Shown: positions 40,851 through 51,298 of the stretch, one piece after another | Numbering within the stretch: the stretch's first letter is position 1 | Layout of the letters: the number at the start of each line of letters is the position of its first letter | Assembly: GCA_965242695.1 (NCBI GenBank) | Contig: CBDESU010000001.1 | Span: 224,001 to 288,000 of the forward strand | DNA length: 64,000 bases | Direction: 5' to 3' | Source of the DNA: Cenarchaeum sp. | Lineage (GTDB): Archaea; Thermoproteota; Nitrososphaeria; Nitrososphaerales; Nitrosopumilaceae | Notes under the pieces: generated by a model | The model's database searches: none | The model's input: only the letters and a program-made list of their open reading frames with translations | Told to the model about the DNA's origin: nothing | Position numbers and translations under genes: made by a program

Positions 40851-41267
40851 TCACAGCGACGCGCCGGGCCCCTTTAGCAGCAGGTTCTCGCACTCCTTGC
40901 AGATCGTCTCGTTGATGTTCGGCTCGATGTTGTGGTGTATGTCGCAGATGAGCAGGCTGGACTTTATGTAGTTGCACACGCTGATGAACTTTGCGAGGCT
41001 CGACGGCGTGTAGGCCATGTCCGATGCGAGCGTGCTTCCCAGGTCGTCGAGCATGGATGCCACCTGCTTGTCGCCGCGCAGCTTTTCGATCAGGCGCGGA
41101 TCGCCGCGCGTGCCCCGTATGTAGTTGCTCACGGCTGCCTGCGTGACGCCGAGCATCTTTGATATCTCGTCCTCGCGCACCTTGTACTTTGCGGCCAGGT
41201 CCCTCGCCAGGATGGCGCGCAGGGCCGGTATGAGCATCTTGGACTCGATCTCGGCGGGCAGTAGCAC
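40851..41267 (-). CDS. Archaeal HTH transcriptional regulator with C-terminal Cys/His cluster
   Basis: LLPAEIE...IPALRA, LGVTQAAVSNY...RG, CDIHH...CKEC. Confidence 0.85.
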   Translation of the reverse strand: MLLPAEIESKMLIPALRAILARDLAAKYKVREDEISKMLGVTQAAVSNYIRGTRGDPRLIEKLRGDKQVASMLDDLGSTLASDMAYTPSSLAKFISVCNYIKSSLLICDIHHNIEPNINETICKECENLLLKGPGASL

Positions 41268-42254
41268 GGTGAGGCGCAGGCGGCGGGGGATTTAAAGGCA
41301 ATGCGCGGGCCGCCGGGCCGATCCCGCCCGGGCCGGCGGGGCCGCGGCGGCGGCCCGGCCGCGGCGGCGCGCGGCCCTGCGCATCGGCGCCGCGGCAGCG
41401 CGGGGGGGGGGGGGCGGATGGGAGAGGGGCGCGGGCAGTGCGGCGGCTGTCCTGCCTGGGGCGGGCCGCCACGACCGGCGGCAGGCGAGTCGGTGCCCCT
41501 CGGCGGCAGCTTGCAGCGGCGCGCAAGGGCCGCTTCGTGTGGGATGGCGGCATGCGCGCGCAATGCGGGCATAGTGCATTGCCTGCGGTTTGCCCTGTCC
41601 ACCGCCGCGCGGCGCGGCGCCCAGCCGGCCGCGCATGATCCGAGAATGCCGGGGCGCCTGCCAGCATCCCTGTCGCCACTGCCCGCAGCCCGCGCCGATG
41701 CGCGTTTCAGCGCGCGCAGCGGAACGCGCAGGGCGCGGCGAGCAGATCGGATCTGCCGGCTGGCGGCGCGGCGCAGGCCGCCGCATGCACGCATCCGGCG
41801 TGGATGTCCGCCGCCCCCAGCGGCCGGGAGTCGCCGCTCGGCGCAATGCGCGGACCGGCCTCGCCACTAGGCAGCGCGGCCGGGATTAGGATGGGGACGA
41901 CAAGGCGCCGGGTGCGCGCTAGGGAGGGAGTGGGGGGGGGAGGGGGAAGAGCCGAGGAGTTTCTTCCCGCAAGGATCATCGCGTCCGCCGCTGCCCTGAT
42001 CCGCGTCCGCCGGCGCCGGAGCGGCGCGCCCGCGCGGGGGGACAGACGACACGTGGGAGATGCACTGCATGTCCGGCGCCCTGCATGCTCCCGCCATTCG
42101 TCCAGATGTGCACCGGCCCCGCTGTGCGCCATACGGCGATCTGCAGGCGCGATCGCTACATTAAATAGATGGGGGGGGGGGGCGGCGCCAACGGAGCGGG
42201 TGTGATTGGGCTGTAGGTCTGACTTGACGGACAGGCGATGTCCGATGCCGCGCG

Positions 42255-45200
42255 ATGCGGGCAGCTTCCGAGGGGGGGGGGGGCGGCGGGCCGCAATTCC
42301 TGGCGGCGGCGGGATGCCGCTACCTTGCGCCGCGCCTTGCCGCCGCCCTTGTGATCGCACTGGCAGCCGCCGCCCTTGTGATCGCACTGGCAGCCGCCGC
42401 CGCCGTTGCATCGCCGGTATTCTGGGGTGGCGACGCGCCGACTCTGGGCTCTTGGCATCATGACGCCGCCGCCCCTTCGCAATGGGCGCACCCTCCGCAG
42501 CATGGTCTGTTGCCTGCGGCGCATGCGGATCCGCACTTTGGGCCGTGCATTGCTAACGTGGGGGACCCTCCCCATCAGCACTCTGCCGAGCCGGCCTTTG
42601 TATCGCCCGATGATGTGTACGGAATAGGCGATGAGATCATCATTAACATCTATAAGGCTGGTGCCAGCATTAGCAATCCCGGTGTGTTTACTCATACGCG
42701 CCTTGCGCTTGAGACGGGCGACGTCGACCGGTTTGCCGTGCATGTCCAGGGCACCGGCGGCCACAATACCCGTTACAACTATACAGTCCAACCGGGCGAC
42801 TATTCGGACGATCTCGACTACAAGGCGCCCAACTCGCTTCACTGGACAGGGGTTCTAGAAAGTAGTACTAGGGCTGTCAACTGCTGGCTGTCGACTCCCG
42901 GCACCAGCAACTACAAGCACAACTCGCTTTCGGTAGGACGCACCGTCGTAGTCGACGGCATCATACCGCGCGTGGTGGATGTTACGATGCCGGGCGGCGC
43001 GTACGGCGCCGGCTCGCAGCTCAACGTCACCGTCAACTTTGACGAGCCGGTTCGTGCATTGGGAGAGCCGCCGACGCTAAAGCTGGCGCTGGACGGCGCC
43101 AACGCGACGGCGGCGTTCCTGGACGGCAACGGGACGGAATCGCTCGTCTTCAACTATACTGTAGTGCGGGGCGACATTGCCGACGACCTGGACTATGCGG
43201 GGAGGATGGCCCTTGCAGCGGGCGGCAGCCTGACCGACCTTGCCGGCAACAACGCGAGCCTCGTGCTGCCCGAGCCGGGCTCGCCCGGCTCGCTCGGCGC
43301 TACCAGCGACGTCCGCATAACTGCGGCCGACGGGGCCGTGGCCGGCGTATGGTCGCCCCTGCCCGACGGCACGTACCCCGCGGGGTACCGCATCGACGTC
43401 CTTGTCAACTTTAGCGAGCCCGTAGTGTACGGCGACCAGCCGCCGTCGCTGGTCCTTGCATTGGATGCCGATACGAACCGGACGGCCGCGTACGCGTCGG
43501 GGAACAACACCCGCTCGCTCGCATTCAGCTACACGGTGCGGCAGGGCGACGCTTCGGCCGGGCTGGACTATGCGGGCGGCGGCGCTCTGGAGGGCGGCGG
43601 CCTGGAGGACAGGGCCGGCGATGCCGTCGACGCCTCCCTGCCCTGGGAGGAAGGCACTGGCGGACACCTTGGCAGCTCGCAGAGCATCGCGATAGACGCA
43701 TCGATCGAGGCGCACGCGGCCGGAGCCGACTCGCCCGGCGGGGACGCCGCGTACGTGCGCGGCGATACTGTCAGAATCGCCGTCGACTTCTCCGTGCCTG
43801 TCGCCGTCACGGGCAGTCCCGCGCTGCTGCTTGCAACCGAGCCGCCGCGCAGCGCCTCGTACGCCGGCGGCAGCGGCACCCGCACCCTGGAGTTTGACTA
43901 CACGGTGCGGCAGGGCGACATGGCCGCCGACCTGGACTATGCGGGCCCCGATGCCCTGTCACTTGGCGGCGGCGACAGCGGCGCGGCGATCAGCACGGCC
44001 GGCGGCGGCGAGATCCTCCTGCTCCTGCCGGCCCGCGGCAACCCGGGCTCGCTCGGCCATGCCCGCGACATCCTGGTCGATGCCGAGGCCCCGTCTGCCG
44101 TAGGCATCGCGTCGCCTAGCGCCAACGGCACGTACAGCACAGGGCATGCAGTCAACATTACCGTGTCCTTTGACGAGGCGGTCGTTGTCGCGGGGGCGCC
44201 AGCACTGGCGCTTGCAACCGAGCCGCCGCGTAGCGCCTCGTACGCCGGCGGCAGCGGCACGGACGAGCTGGCGTTCCTGTACGTGGTGCAGCCTGGCGAC
44301 GAGGCGGCCGACCTGGACTATGCCGGCCCCGATGCCCTGTCCCTTGGCAACGGCGCGGCGATCGGTGATGCGGCTGGCAACGCCGCAAACCTGACCCTGC
44401 CCGCCGCGGGGCCTGGCGGCCCGCTGGCCGGCCGGAGCGACATTGAGATCCTAGGCGAACCGCAGCCCGCGTTGCGCCTGGCCGACCGCCTTGTGGATGG
44501 CGGAAGCTGGAGGCTCAGCAGCGCGCACGGCGTTGCAGTCTTTGGCATGGGCGGCGCCACGTACGCCGTGGTCGCATCTGCCGCCGAGAACGGCGTCCAG
44601 CTGATCCGCGTGCGCGACGGCGGCACGCTCGAGCCGGTCAGCACGCTAGGCGACAACGCCTCGCTGAACCTCGCCGCCCCCGTCGACATCGACGTGTTCA
44701 ACATGGGCAACCGCACATACGCGATCACGGCAGGGTGGAACGAAGGCGTCCAGCTGATCCGCGTGCACGACGACGGCAACCTTACGGCCACCCCGGGTGG
44801 CCGCGCCGACCCCTCGGGGCCCTTGGGCGTCGACGCCTTCAATCTGGGCAACCGCACGTACGCCGTTGCCACTTCGAACACCTGGTCGGGCGGCGCGCAC
44901 TTGATCCGCGTGCTCGAAAACGGCACGCTCGTGGATGCCTACTCGATTCTGGACAATTCCACGCTGCTGCTGCGCAGCGCCCGCGGCGTGGACGTGTTTA
45001 CGATGCGAGGCGAGGATGGAGACCGCACGTACGCCATGGTTGCGTCCCAGACAGAGAACGGCGTGCAGCTGCTGCGGGTGGGCGGCGACGGCAACGGCAC
45101 GCTCGCGCCTGTGGGCTGGATCGGCACTGCCAACAACAGCGCGCTGGCACTGGACAACGCCCGCGGCATGGACGTGTTCGAGACGGCGGGCGGCCGCACC

Positions 45201-48200
45201 TATGCGGCCGTGGCATCGTACGACAGTAGCGGCGTCCAGCTTATCCGCGTGCACTACAACGGCACGCTAGAGGCGGCCGGCTCGCTCCTGGACGACTCGG
45301 ACGTTCCGAGCGGTTCGGTCGTCCCAGATTCGCCGGCCGCCGCGCGCCTTGGCGGCGCCAACAACGTCGACTCGTTTGCCATGGGCGGCCGCACGTACGT
45401 CGCCGTCGCCTCGCACGCCGGCGACGCCGTCCAGCTGGCGCGGGTGCACGAAAACGGCACGCTAGAGGCGGCCGGCTCGTTCTTCGACGATGTCTCGGTA
45501 GCGGCAAGGGACAACACGGGATCAGCGGACGGCGGCACGGTAGAGCTCGACGGCGCCTACGACGTCGACGCCTTCACCATAGGGCGCGCCACGTTCGCCA
45601 TAGTGTCTCCGCAGTACGACGGTGGAATCCAGCTGCTGCGGCTGTCGCCCCCGCTCGTCACGGGAGTCTCCACGCCTGCGCAGAACGGCACGTACGCCGA
45701 GGGGGGCAGGATCAACTTCACAGTCGGCTTTGACGTGCCGGTATCGGTGTCGGGGCCGGTCCCCTCAATCCTGCTCGCCCTTGACGGGGCAGAACGCGCC
45801 GCAACGTACGTGTCGGGGCGCGGGACGAACTTGACCTTCGCCTACGAGGTGCGGCCAGGCGACAATGCGGGCCGCCTGGACAATGCGGGCGCCGCCTCCC
45901 TGATCACGCACGGCGCCGTGTCGGGCTTGCAGGGGGCGGAATACACCTTCCGCCAGTCCAAGCAACACACATGCAAATACATAGGGGGGTTTGTTACTCC
46001 TGTCGAATGCATGCCCGATGCGCCCCGGGAGGACATGCTCTGGAACGACCCCGTCGATGCCGACCTGGAGCTGCCGGCCCAGGGCTCGCCCGGCTCGCTG
46101 GGCCGGCTGCGGAACATCCAGATCGACACGGCGCCGCTTGTCACGCGCGCCGGCTCGCCGGACGAGCCGGGCCTGTACGGCGCCGGCTCTGTGGTCAACA
46201 TCACCGTCGCCTTCAGCGAGGCGGTGGATGTGACAGGCATGCCGGCCCTGCCGCTCTCGACGAACCCGCCTAGGAGCGCAGTATACGTCGCGGGCACGGA
46301 CGGCGATGCCGAGATTGCGTTCCGCTACGTCGTAGATGACGACGACGCCTCGGACATGCTCGGCTACGCGGACGGCGCGGCCCTGTCCCTTCCCGGCAGC
46401 GCGACGATCGTGGACTCGTCCGGGAACGGCGCCGACCTGGCACTGCCCAGCCTGGGCGGGCGGGGGCTGCTTGGCGCCTACGCCGGAATCCTCAGAATTG
46501 ACGGCGTGGCCCCCGGAGCGGTCGCCGTCACGGATGCGATGCCAAAGGGCGCCCCGTACCGCGAGGGCGAGACGGTCAGAATCTCCGTCGACTTTGGCGA
46601 GCGGCTCGCGATCTCCGCTCGCGATCTCCCGCCTTCGCTCCGCCTGGTCCTTGACGACGGCGCGACTGCGACCGCCGTGTACGAGCGGCAGGCCGGCGGG
46701 CAGACGATGCTAGTCTTCAACTATACGGTACTGGCGGACGACAGCGCCGGCACGCTGGGCGCCGACGACCTGTCGTTCGGCGACTGGGATGTCGCGGACG
46801 CCGCGGGGAACGGCGCCGGCCTGGACCTGCCCGGACCCGGCGATCCAGGCTCGCTCGCATCGGCGGGCATCCAAATCGACACCAAGAGGCCGGGCGTCGT
46901 GTCGGTATCCTCGCCGAACGAGGACGGCGCGCACGGCGCCGGCTCGACGGTCGACATCGCCGTCTCCTTTGGCGAGGCAGTCAGCGTCGTGGGCGCGCCC
47001 ATGCTGGCTCTGGCGACGGATCCGCCTAGGAGCGCAGTGTACGTCGCGGGCAGCGACGGGGATGCAGAGCTAGCGTTCCGCTACAGTGTGCAGGCCAACG
47101 ACACGGCGGGCCGCCTGGACTATGCGAACCGCAGCGCACTGTCGCTCGACGGCGGGACGATCAAGGATGCGGCTGGGAACGACGCCGACCTCCTTCTGCC
47201 TCCGACGGGCTCGCCGACCTCGCTCCATGCCTCGAACATCACAATAGGCAGCGGCTCGGGCCCCGGCTCGGGCGGCAGCGGCTCGGGCGGCAGCGGCTCG
47301 GGCGGCAGCGGCTCGGGCGGCAGCGGCTCGGGCCCCGGCTCGGGCGGCAGCGGCTCGGGCCCCGGCGGCGGCCCCGACGGTGGCTCGGGCCCCGGCGGCG
47401 GCCCCGACGGTGGCTCGGGCCCCGGCGGCGGCCCCGACGGTGGCTCGGGCCCCGGCGGCGGCCCCGACGGTGGCTCGGGCCCCGGCGGCGGCCCCGACGG
47501 TGGCTCGGGCCCCGGCGGCGGCCCCGACGGTGGCTCGGGCCCCGGCGGCGGCCCCGACGGTGGCTCGGGCCCCGGCCCCGACGGCGGTACTGCCAACACC
47601 ACGACGGTAGTCTTGGGGCCGAACGACATCGTTGGCCGGGGCAATCATACCGCCGATGGCCCCGGCGTGCGCATCGCGATCGACGTGTCGGGCCTGCCCG
47701 GCGCTGGCACCGCGGACGGAACCGTGCAGTTCCCGTCCAACGGCGCCGTCGTGGCGACGTCGTTTGCAACCGTGTCGTTCCCGACCGGGGTGGAGGCGAC
47801 ATCAGTACCTGTCGGCGGCATGCTCGCCCTGCATATAGTGGACGCGGCCAGCCGCAGCCTGCCGTCAAACTCGAGCATCCAAGAGGCGCTTTCCTACGAC
47901 GGCTCGGGCCGCGTTCTGCCGCGAAGCATAGTAGAGATCGGCGGAGGCGGGGACGGCCGCATCAAATTCGCCGATCCCATCCGCATATCCCTCGACGGCC
48001 AGGCCGGCGGCCGCGCGTTCTACGTCGAGGGCGGCGCAAACGGCACGATCCGACCGATCGACCTGGCGTGCGCGGCAGACGACACTGTCAGGGTCCACCG
48101 CCAGCTCAACGGCATGGGCGAGTGCCGAATCGAGTCGGGCGGCGACATGGTGATCTACACGTACCACCTGACGCAGTTTGGCACCGTCGCATCCGAGCGC

Positions 48201-48620
48201 GGCACGCCGCCGCCCGTCGTCTACACGTGCTCGATCCGCCTCGGCATGGACAGCCTGGCGGTGCCTGCCAGCCCGGGCAGCTACTCCGAGGCGGCCCGGC
48301 AGGACGTGGTCAACTCTGGCTCGCAGGCGTTTGAGCGGGTCGACCTTGATGCGACCCCGTGGTACATCGACCCCGCTTCGGATCGGCCCGGCCCCGGCGC
48401 CCCTCGCCTGGACGCCTCGCTCACCGTGCTGGGAACTGCGGCCCGGGGCGTGACGTTTGCCCCCCTGTCCGCGGCCGGCGCGGCGCTCGGGCTCGAGGGC
48501 GGCCAGGAGCGGGCGCTGTGGCTTGCGATCAACCTGACGGGCCACGACCAGGTGAATGCCAGCCGGCTCGTCCAGCAGGTTACGTACACTGCAGAGTGCG
48601 CCGGAGCGCCGGCGCGATAG
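42255..48620 (+). CDS. Giant secreted/surface protein: nine ~120-aa Ig-like repeats, beta-propeller, Gly/Ser/Pro linker
   Basis: Hydrophobic signal region; repeated G.Y..G..V.I.V.F.E.V...L.F.Y.V..GD...LDY units; propeller blades (RTYA.V.S....GVQLIRV) at ~44470-45645; start uncertain. Confidence 0.85.
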   Translation: MRAASEGGGGGGPQFLAAAGCRYLAPRLAAALVIALAAAALVIALAAAAAVASPVFWGGDAPTLGSWHHDAAAPSQWAHPPQHGLLPAAHADPHFGPCIANVGDPPHQHSAEPAFVSPDDVYGIGDEIIINIYKAGASISNPGVFTHTRLALETGDVDRFAVHVQGTGGHNTRYNYTVQPGDYSDDLDYKAPNSLHWTGVLESSTRAVNCWLSTPGTSNYKHNSLSVGRTVVVDGIIPRVVDVTMPGGAYGAGSQLNVTVNFDEPVRALGEPPTLKLALDGANATAAFLDGNGTESLVFNYTVVRGDIADDLDYAGRMALAAGGSLTDLAGNNASLVLPEPGSPGSLGATSDVRITAADGAVAGVWSPLPDGTYPAGYRIDVLVNFSEPVVYGDQPPSLVLALDADTNRTAAYASGNNTRSLAFSYTVRQGDASAGLDYAGGGALEGGGLEDRAGDAVDASLPWEEGTGGHLGSSQSIAIDASIEAHAAGADSPGGDAAYVRGDTVRIAVDFSVPVAVTGSPALLLATEPPRSASYAGGSGTRTLEFDYTVRQGDMAADLDYAGPDALSLGGGDSGAAISTAGGGEILLLLPARGNPGSLGHARDILVDAEAPSAVGIASPSANGTYSTGHAVNITVSFDEAVVVAGAPALALATEPPRSASYAGGSGTDELAFLYVVQPGDEAADLDYAGPDALSLGNGAAIGDAAGNAANLTLPAAGPGGPLAGRSDIEILGEPQPALRLADRLVDGGSWRLSSAHGVAVFGMGGATYAVVASAAENGVQLIRVRDGGTLEPVSTLGDNASLNLAAPVDIDVFNMGNRTYAITAGWNEGVQLIRVHDDGNLTATPGGRADPSGPLGVDAFNLGNRTYAVATSNTWSGGAHLIRVLENGTLVDAYSILDNSTLLLRSARGVDVFTMRGEDGDRTYAMVASQTENGVQLLRVGGDGNGTLAPVGWIGTANNSALALDNARGMDVFETAGGRTYAAVASYDSSGVQLIRVHYNGTLEAAGSLLDDSDVPSGSVVPDSPAAARLGGANNVDSFAMGGRTYVAVASHAGDAVQLARVHENGTLEAAGSFFDDVSVAARDNTGSADGGTVELDGAYDVDAFTIGRATFAIVSPQYDGGIQLLRLSPPLVTGVSTPAQNGTYAEGGRINFTVGFDVPVSVSGPVPSILLALDGAERAATYVSGRGTNLTFAYEVRPGDNAGRLDNAGAASLITHGAVSGLQGAEYTFRQSKQHTCKYIGGFVTPVECMPDAPREDMLWNDPVDADLELPAQGSPGSLGRLRNIQIDTAPLVTRAGSPDEPGLYGAGSVVNITVAFSEAVDVTGMPALPLSTNPPRSAVYVAGTDGDAEIAFRYVVDDDDASDMLGYADGAALSLPGSATIVDSSGNGADLALPSLGGRGLLGAYAGILRIDGVAPGAVAVTDAMPKGAPYREGETVRISVDFGERLAISARDLPPSLRLVLDDGATATAVYERQAGGQTMLVFNYTVLADDSAGTLGADDLSFGDWDVADAAGNGAGLDLPGPGDPGSLASAGIQIDTKRPGVVSVSSPNEDGAHGAGSTVDIAVSFGEAVSVVGAPMLALATDPPRSAVYVAGSDGDAELAFRYSVQANDTAGRLDYANRSALSLDGGTIKDAAGNDADLLLPPTGSPTSLHASNITIGSGSGPGSGGSGSGGSGSGGSGSGGSGSGPGSGGSGSGPGGGPDGGSGPGGGPDGGSGPGGGPDGGSGPGGGPDGGSGPGGGPDGGSGPGGGPDGGSGPGGGPDGGSGPGPDGGTANTTTVVLGPNDIVGRGNHTADGPGVRIAIDVSGLPGAGTADGTVQFPSNGAVVATSFATVSFPTGVEATSVPVGGMLALHIVDAASRSLPSNSSIQEALSYDGSGRVLPRSIVEIGGGGDGRIKFADPIRISLDGQAGGRAFYVEGGANGTIRPIDLACAADDTVRVHRQLNGMGECRIESGGDMVIYTYHLTQFGTVASERGTPPPVVYTCSIRLGMDSLAVPASPGSYSEAARQDVVNSGSQAFERVDLDATPWYIDPASDRPGPGAPRLDASLTVLGTAARGVTFAPLSAAGAALGLEGGQERALWLAINLTGHDQVNASRLVQQVTYTAECAGAPAR
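47248..47586 (+). repeat. Gly/Ser linker: 15-bp (SGGSG) and 30-bp (GSGPGGGPDG) tandem repeats
   Basis: Directly visible. Confidence 0.92.
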
Positions 48621-48977
48621 GGGCCGCCGCCTCGCCGCGGCGGCGGAGGGGGGGGGGGGCGCAGGCGGCCGCGAAGGGGGGGGGGGCGCAGGCGGCCGCG
48701 AAGGTGCGGCCTAGATCGCGGCATCGCTTCCTGCGCCGACCCAAACCCCTCTCCCTCGCCGGCACCTTGGGATTCCTGTGCCGCGGCCGCCCGCGCCGCG
48801 CCGGGCGCGGATCGGGCCCGCGACTAGGCCCTGATGCGCATGGGCGACTGCTCTTGGCGGCCCTCTTGTTCCTGCCCACGCCCACCTTGCGGAAGTGGAT
48901 GCCGCACGTGCCGCCGCCGCCGCCCACCGCGGCGCAGCCTCGCCAATCTTATAAGATGGCGCCAGGCCCGCGGCGCA

Positions 48978-49700
48978 TTGGCCGGGCGGATCGAATGCGC
49001 GCTGTGCGGCCGCAGCTTTGCGCCGCACGGCGGCCGCAGCCGCCTGTACTGCAGGCGGTGCGAGGACAAGGCCGACAGGAGGGTCGCCGAGGTGCTGAGC
49101 ATGCGCTGCAGGGTGTGCGGCAAGGAGTTTGCAACAAAGCTAAGATCGGCCAGGTACTGCTCGGATGCGTGCCGCGCCGAGGCCACGCGCCGCTACAACC
49201 GCGAGTGCATGCGGCGGTACCTGGCCGACCCGGAGAAGCGCGCCATTATCCTGGCGCGCACGAGGGCGGCCGCGGCCGCCCGCAGGGCCAGGGAGCGAGG
49301 GGGGCGCGAGCCAAAGGCGCGCCGGGCCGCCGGCCGCGCGCCGCCGGCCGCAGCGCCAAAGTCGAGCGCATGCCGGCTGTGCGGCCGCAGCTTTGCGCAG
49401 TACGGCGGAGCCCACCACGCCTACTGCAAGCGCTGCACGGCCAAGGCGGACAGGACAATCTCCAAGGCGCTGCGCGTGGACTGCAAGGCGTGCGGCAAGG
49501 CGTTCTCTACTACCAACCGCTCCGTCCGATACTGCTCGGATGCGTGCCGCGCCGAGGGGCAGCTGCGCGGCAAGCGCGAGCTCAACCGCAGGCGCATGGC
49601 CGATCCCGAGGCGCGCGCCATTGCGAGGGCGCACATGAGGGCGTGGAGCGCAGCGCGCAGGGGCGGAAAGGCGGGGCGCCCCAAGCGGCGGCAGGCATAG
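48978..49700 (+). CDS. Basic multi-zinc-finger protein with internal duplication
   Basis: Two copies of CxxCGRSF...YCxRC + CxxCGKxF...RYCSDAC; CTTATAA box about 23 nt before TTG. Confidence 0.75.
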   Translation: MAGRIECALCGRSFAPHGGRSRLYCRRCEDKADRRVAEVLSMRCRVCGKEFATKLRSARYCSDACRAEATRRYNRECMRRYLADPEKRAIILARTRAAAAARRARERGGREPKARRAAGRAPPAAAPKSSACRLCGRSFAQYGGAHHAYCKRCTAKADRTISKALRVDCKACGKAFSTTNRSVRYCSDACRAEGQLRGKRELNRRRMADPEARAIARAHMRAWSAARRGGKAGRPKRRQA

Positions 49701-49849
49701 CGCGCAGCGCACGGCTGCGCAGGGGGAAGGGGCCGGACAAGAAGCCGCCGCGCTGCGATGCGGACGCGATCGAGCTGCCGCGCCCGCCCCGCCTGCGCGC
49801 ATGCGGCCGCCTACCGCATCCTTATAGTTGCCGTGCCGCGCCGCCCTGC

Positions 49850-50836
49850 GTGGACTGCGCCGCTGCCGCCGGGCGACTGCGCGCCGCGCTCGGCCGGGCA
49901 GTGCGCGAGTGCCCGCGCGGCTCCGTCCTGGCCCTGTCCGGCGGCCTTGACAGCTCGATCATAGCGCACATTGCGGGGGCGTCCGGGGTGGGGCCCTCGT
50001 CGGCCGTCGCCGTCATTGCACGCGACTTTGTCGCCTCCGACACGACGTACTGCCAGATGGCCGCCTCGAGCTCGGGCCTGCCGCTGCGGATCGTAGAGGC
50101 GGGAACGGACGAGCTGCTCGACGCCGCGGCGGGGGCCATCAAGACTCTTCGCACGTTCAACGACATAGAGGTGCGCAACTCGGCCGCGTCGTACCTGGCC
50201 GCCAAGGCGGCCCTGGATTCGGCCGGCGGCGGGGACGGCGGGCCGTGCCTGGTCACCGGCGACGGGGCCGACGAGCTGTTCGCCGGCTACTCGTTCCTGC
50301 TTGCAAAGAGCCCCGGCGACCTGCCGGAAGAGCTTGCGCGGATGCGCCGCATCATGCGGTTCGCATCGCACGAGATCGGCAGGAGCCTCGGCGTGCGCGT
50401 CGAGTCGCCCTTCCTGGACGGCGAGGTCGCCGACATCGCCGCCGATGCGGGGCCCGATCTGCTCGTCGGCAGGTCCCCGGGCGGCGGCATGTGCGGCAAG
50501 TGGGTGCTGCGCCGCGCGTTCGAGGATGTCCTGCCGCCGGCGATCGCGTGGAGGCGCAAGGTTCCGCTGCAGGACGGGTCGGGGACGGCGGGCCTGCCGG
50601 GCCTCTTTGATGCGCTCGTTCCCGACGAAGAGTTCGAGCGCCGCCGCGCCGAGGTGGCCGAGGCCGACGGCGTAACCCTGCGCACAAGGGAGTCGCTGCA
50701 CTACTACGGCGTGTACAGGGGGCTGCACGGCCGGCCGCCGCGCGCGGCGGACCCGGGCTCCGCCTGCCCGTACTGCGGGTGCGAAGTCTGCGCAGACGAC
50801 CGCTACTGCCGCATGTGCGGGGCGCACCCGGTGTAG
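49850..50836 (+). CDS. Asparagine synthase C-terminal domain protein with zinc ribbon
   Basis: LSGGLDSS, TGDGADELFAGY, SPFLD, KWVLRRAF, C-terminal CPYC...CRMCG. Confidence 0.88.
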   Translation: MDCAAAAGRLRAALGRAVRECPRGSVLALSGGLDSSIIAHIAGASGVGPSSAVAVIARDFVASDTTYCQMAASSSGLPLRIVEAGTDELLDAAAGAIKTLRTFNDIEVRNSAASYLAAKAALDSAGGGDGGPCLVTGDGADELFAGYSFLLAKSPGDLPEELARMRRIMRFASHEIGRSLGVRVESPFLDGEVADIAADAGPDLLVGRSPGGGMCGKWVLRRAFEDVLPPAIAWRRKVPLQDGSGTAGLPGLFDALVPDEEFERRRAEVAEADGVTLRTRESLHYYGVYRGLHGRPPRAADPGSACPYCGCEVCADDRYCRMCGAHPV

Positions 50837-50880
50837 GGGACCGTGGCGTGCAGGGCGCGGGCCCGCGCCGGGCTTGGCTC

Positions 50881-51024
50881 TCACCGACCCTTCCACTTTC
50901 TCGGCTTGCGCTTGAATATGCGCCTGCACCCGTTGCAGCAAAAGTAGTACACGACGCCGCCGTGCTCGTGGGTCACGGCAAGATCCTCGTCGAGCTCGAT
51001 GCCGCACACGGGATCAACGGGCAC
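50881..51024 (-). CDS. YHS/TRASH metal-binding domain protein (47 aa)
   Basis: PVDPVCGIELD...YYFCCNGCRRIF; not in ORF track. Confidence 0.88.
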   Translation of the reverse strand: MPVDPVCGIELDEDLAVTHEHGGVVYYFCCNGCRRIFKRKPRKWKGR

Positions 51025-51298
51025 GGGTGGCCTGACCGCGCGCCGTATTTATCTCTAGGTGCGGGCCGGGATCCGCCGGGCCCCAAGCGCGCCTCCGCCT
51101 CCCCGCGCCGCCCTGCCGCTGGAACCCGTGCAGAGGATGCGGCGCTGCGTCCGGGAGCGGCGCCGCATCCGTAGGGCGCCGCGCCTCTTCCCCCCGCCAA
51201 TCGGCGGCCGGACGGCGGGCGGATGCGGCCCGGCCCTGCCCGCGCGCTGGCGCCCGCGCCACCCAACGCATAATACAGGGCCGGCGGGCCGGGATCGG

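Noticed and set aside
48359-50836. 825-aa fusion ending in asparagine synthase
   Set aside because: The 5' part is an off-frame reading of the zinc-finger gene; a TATA box supports a start near 49850
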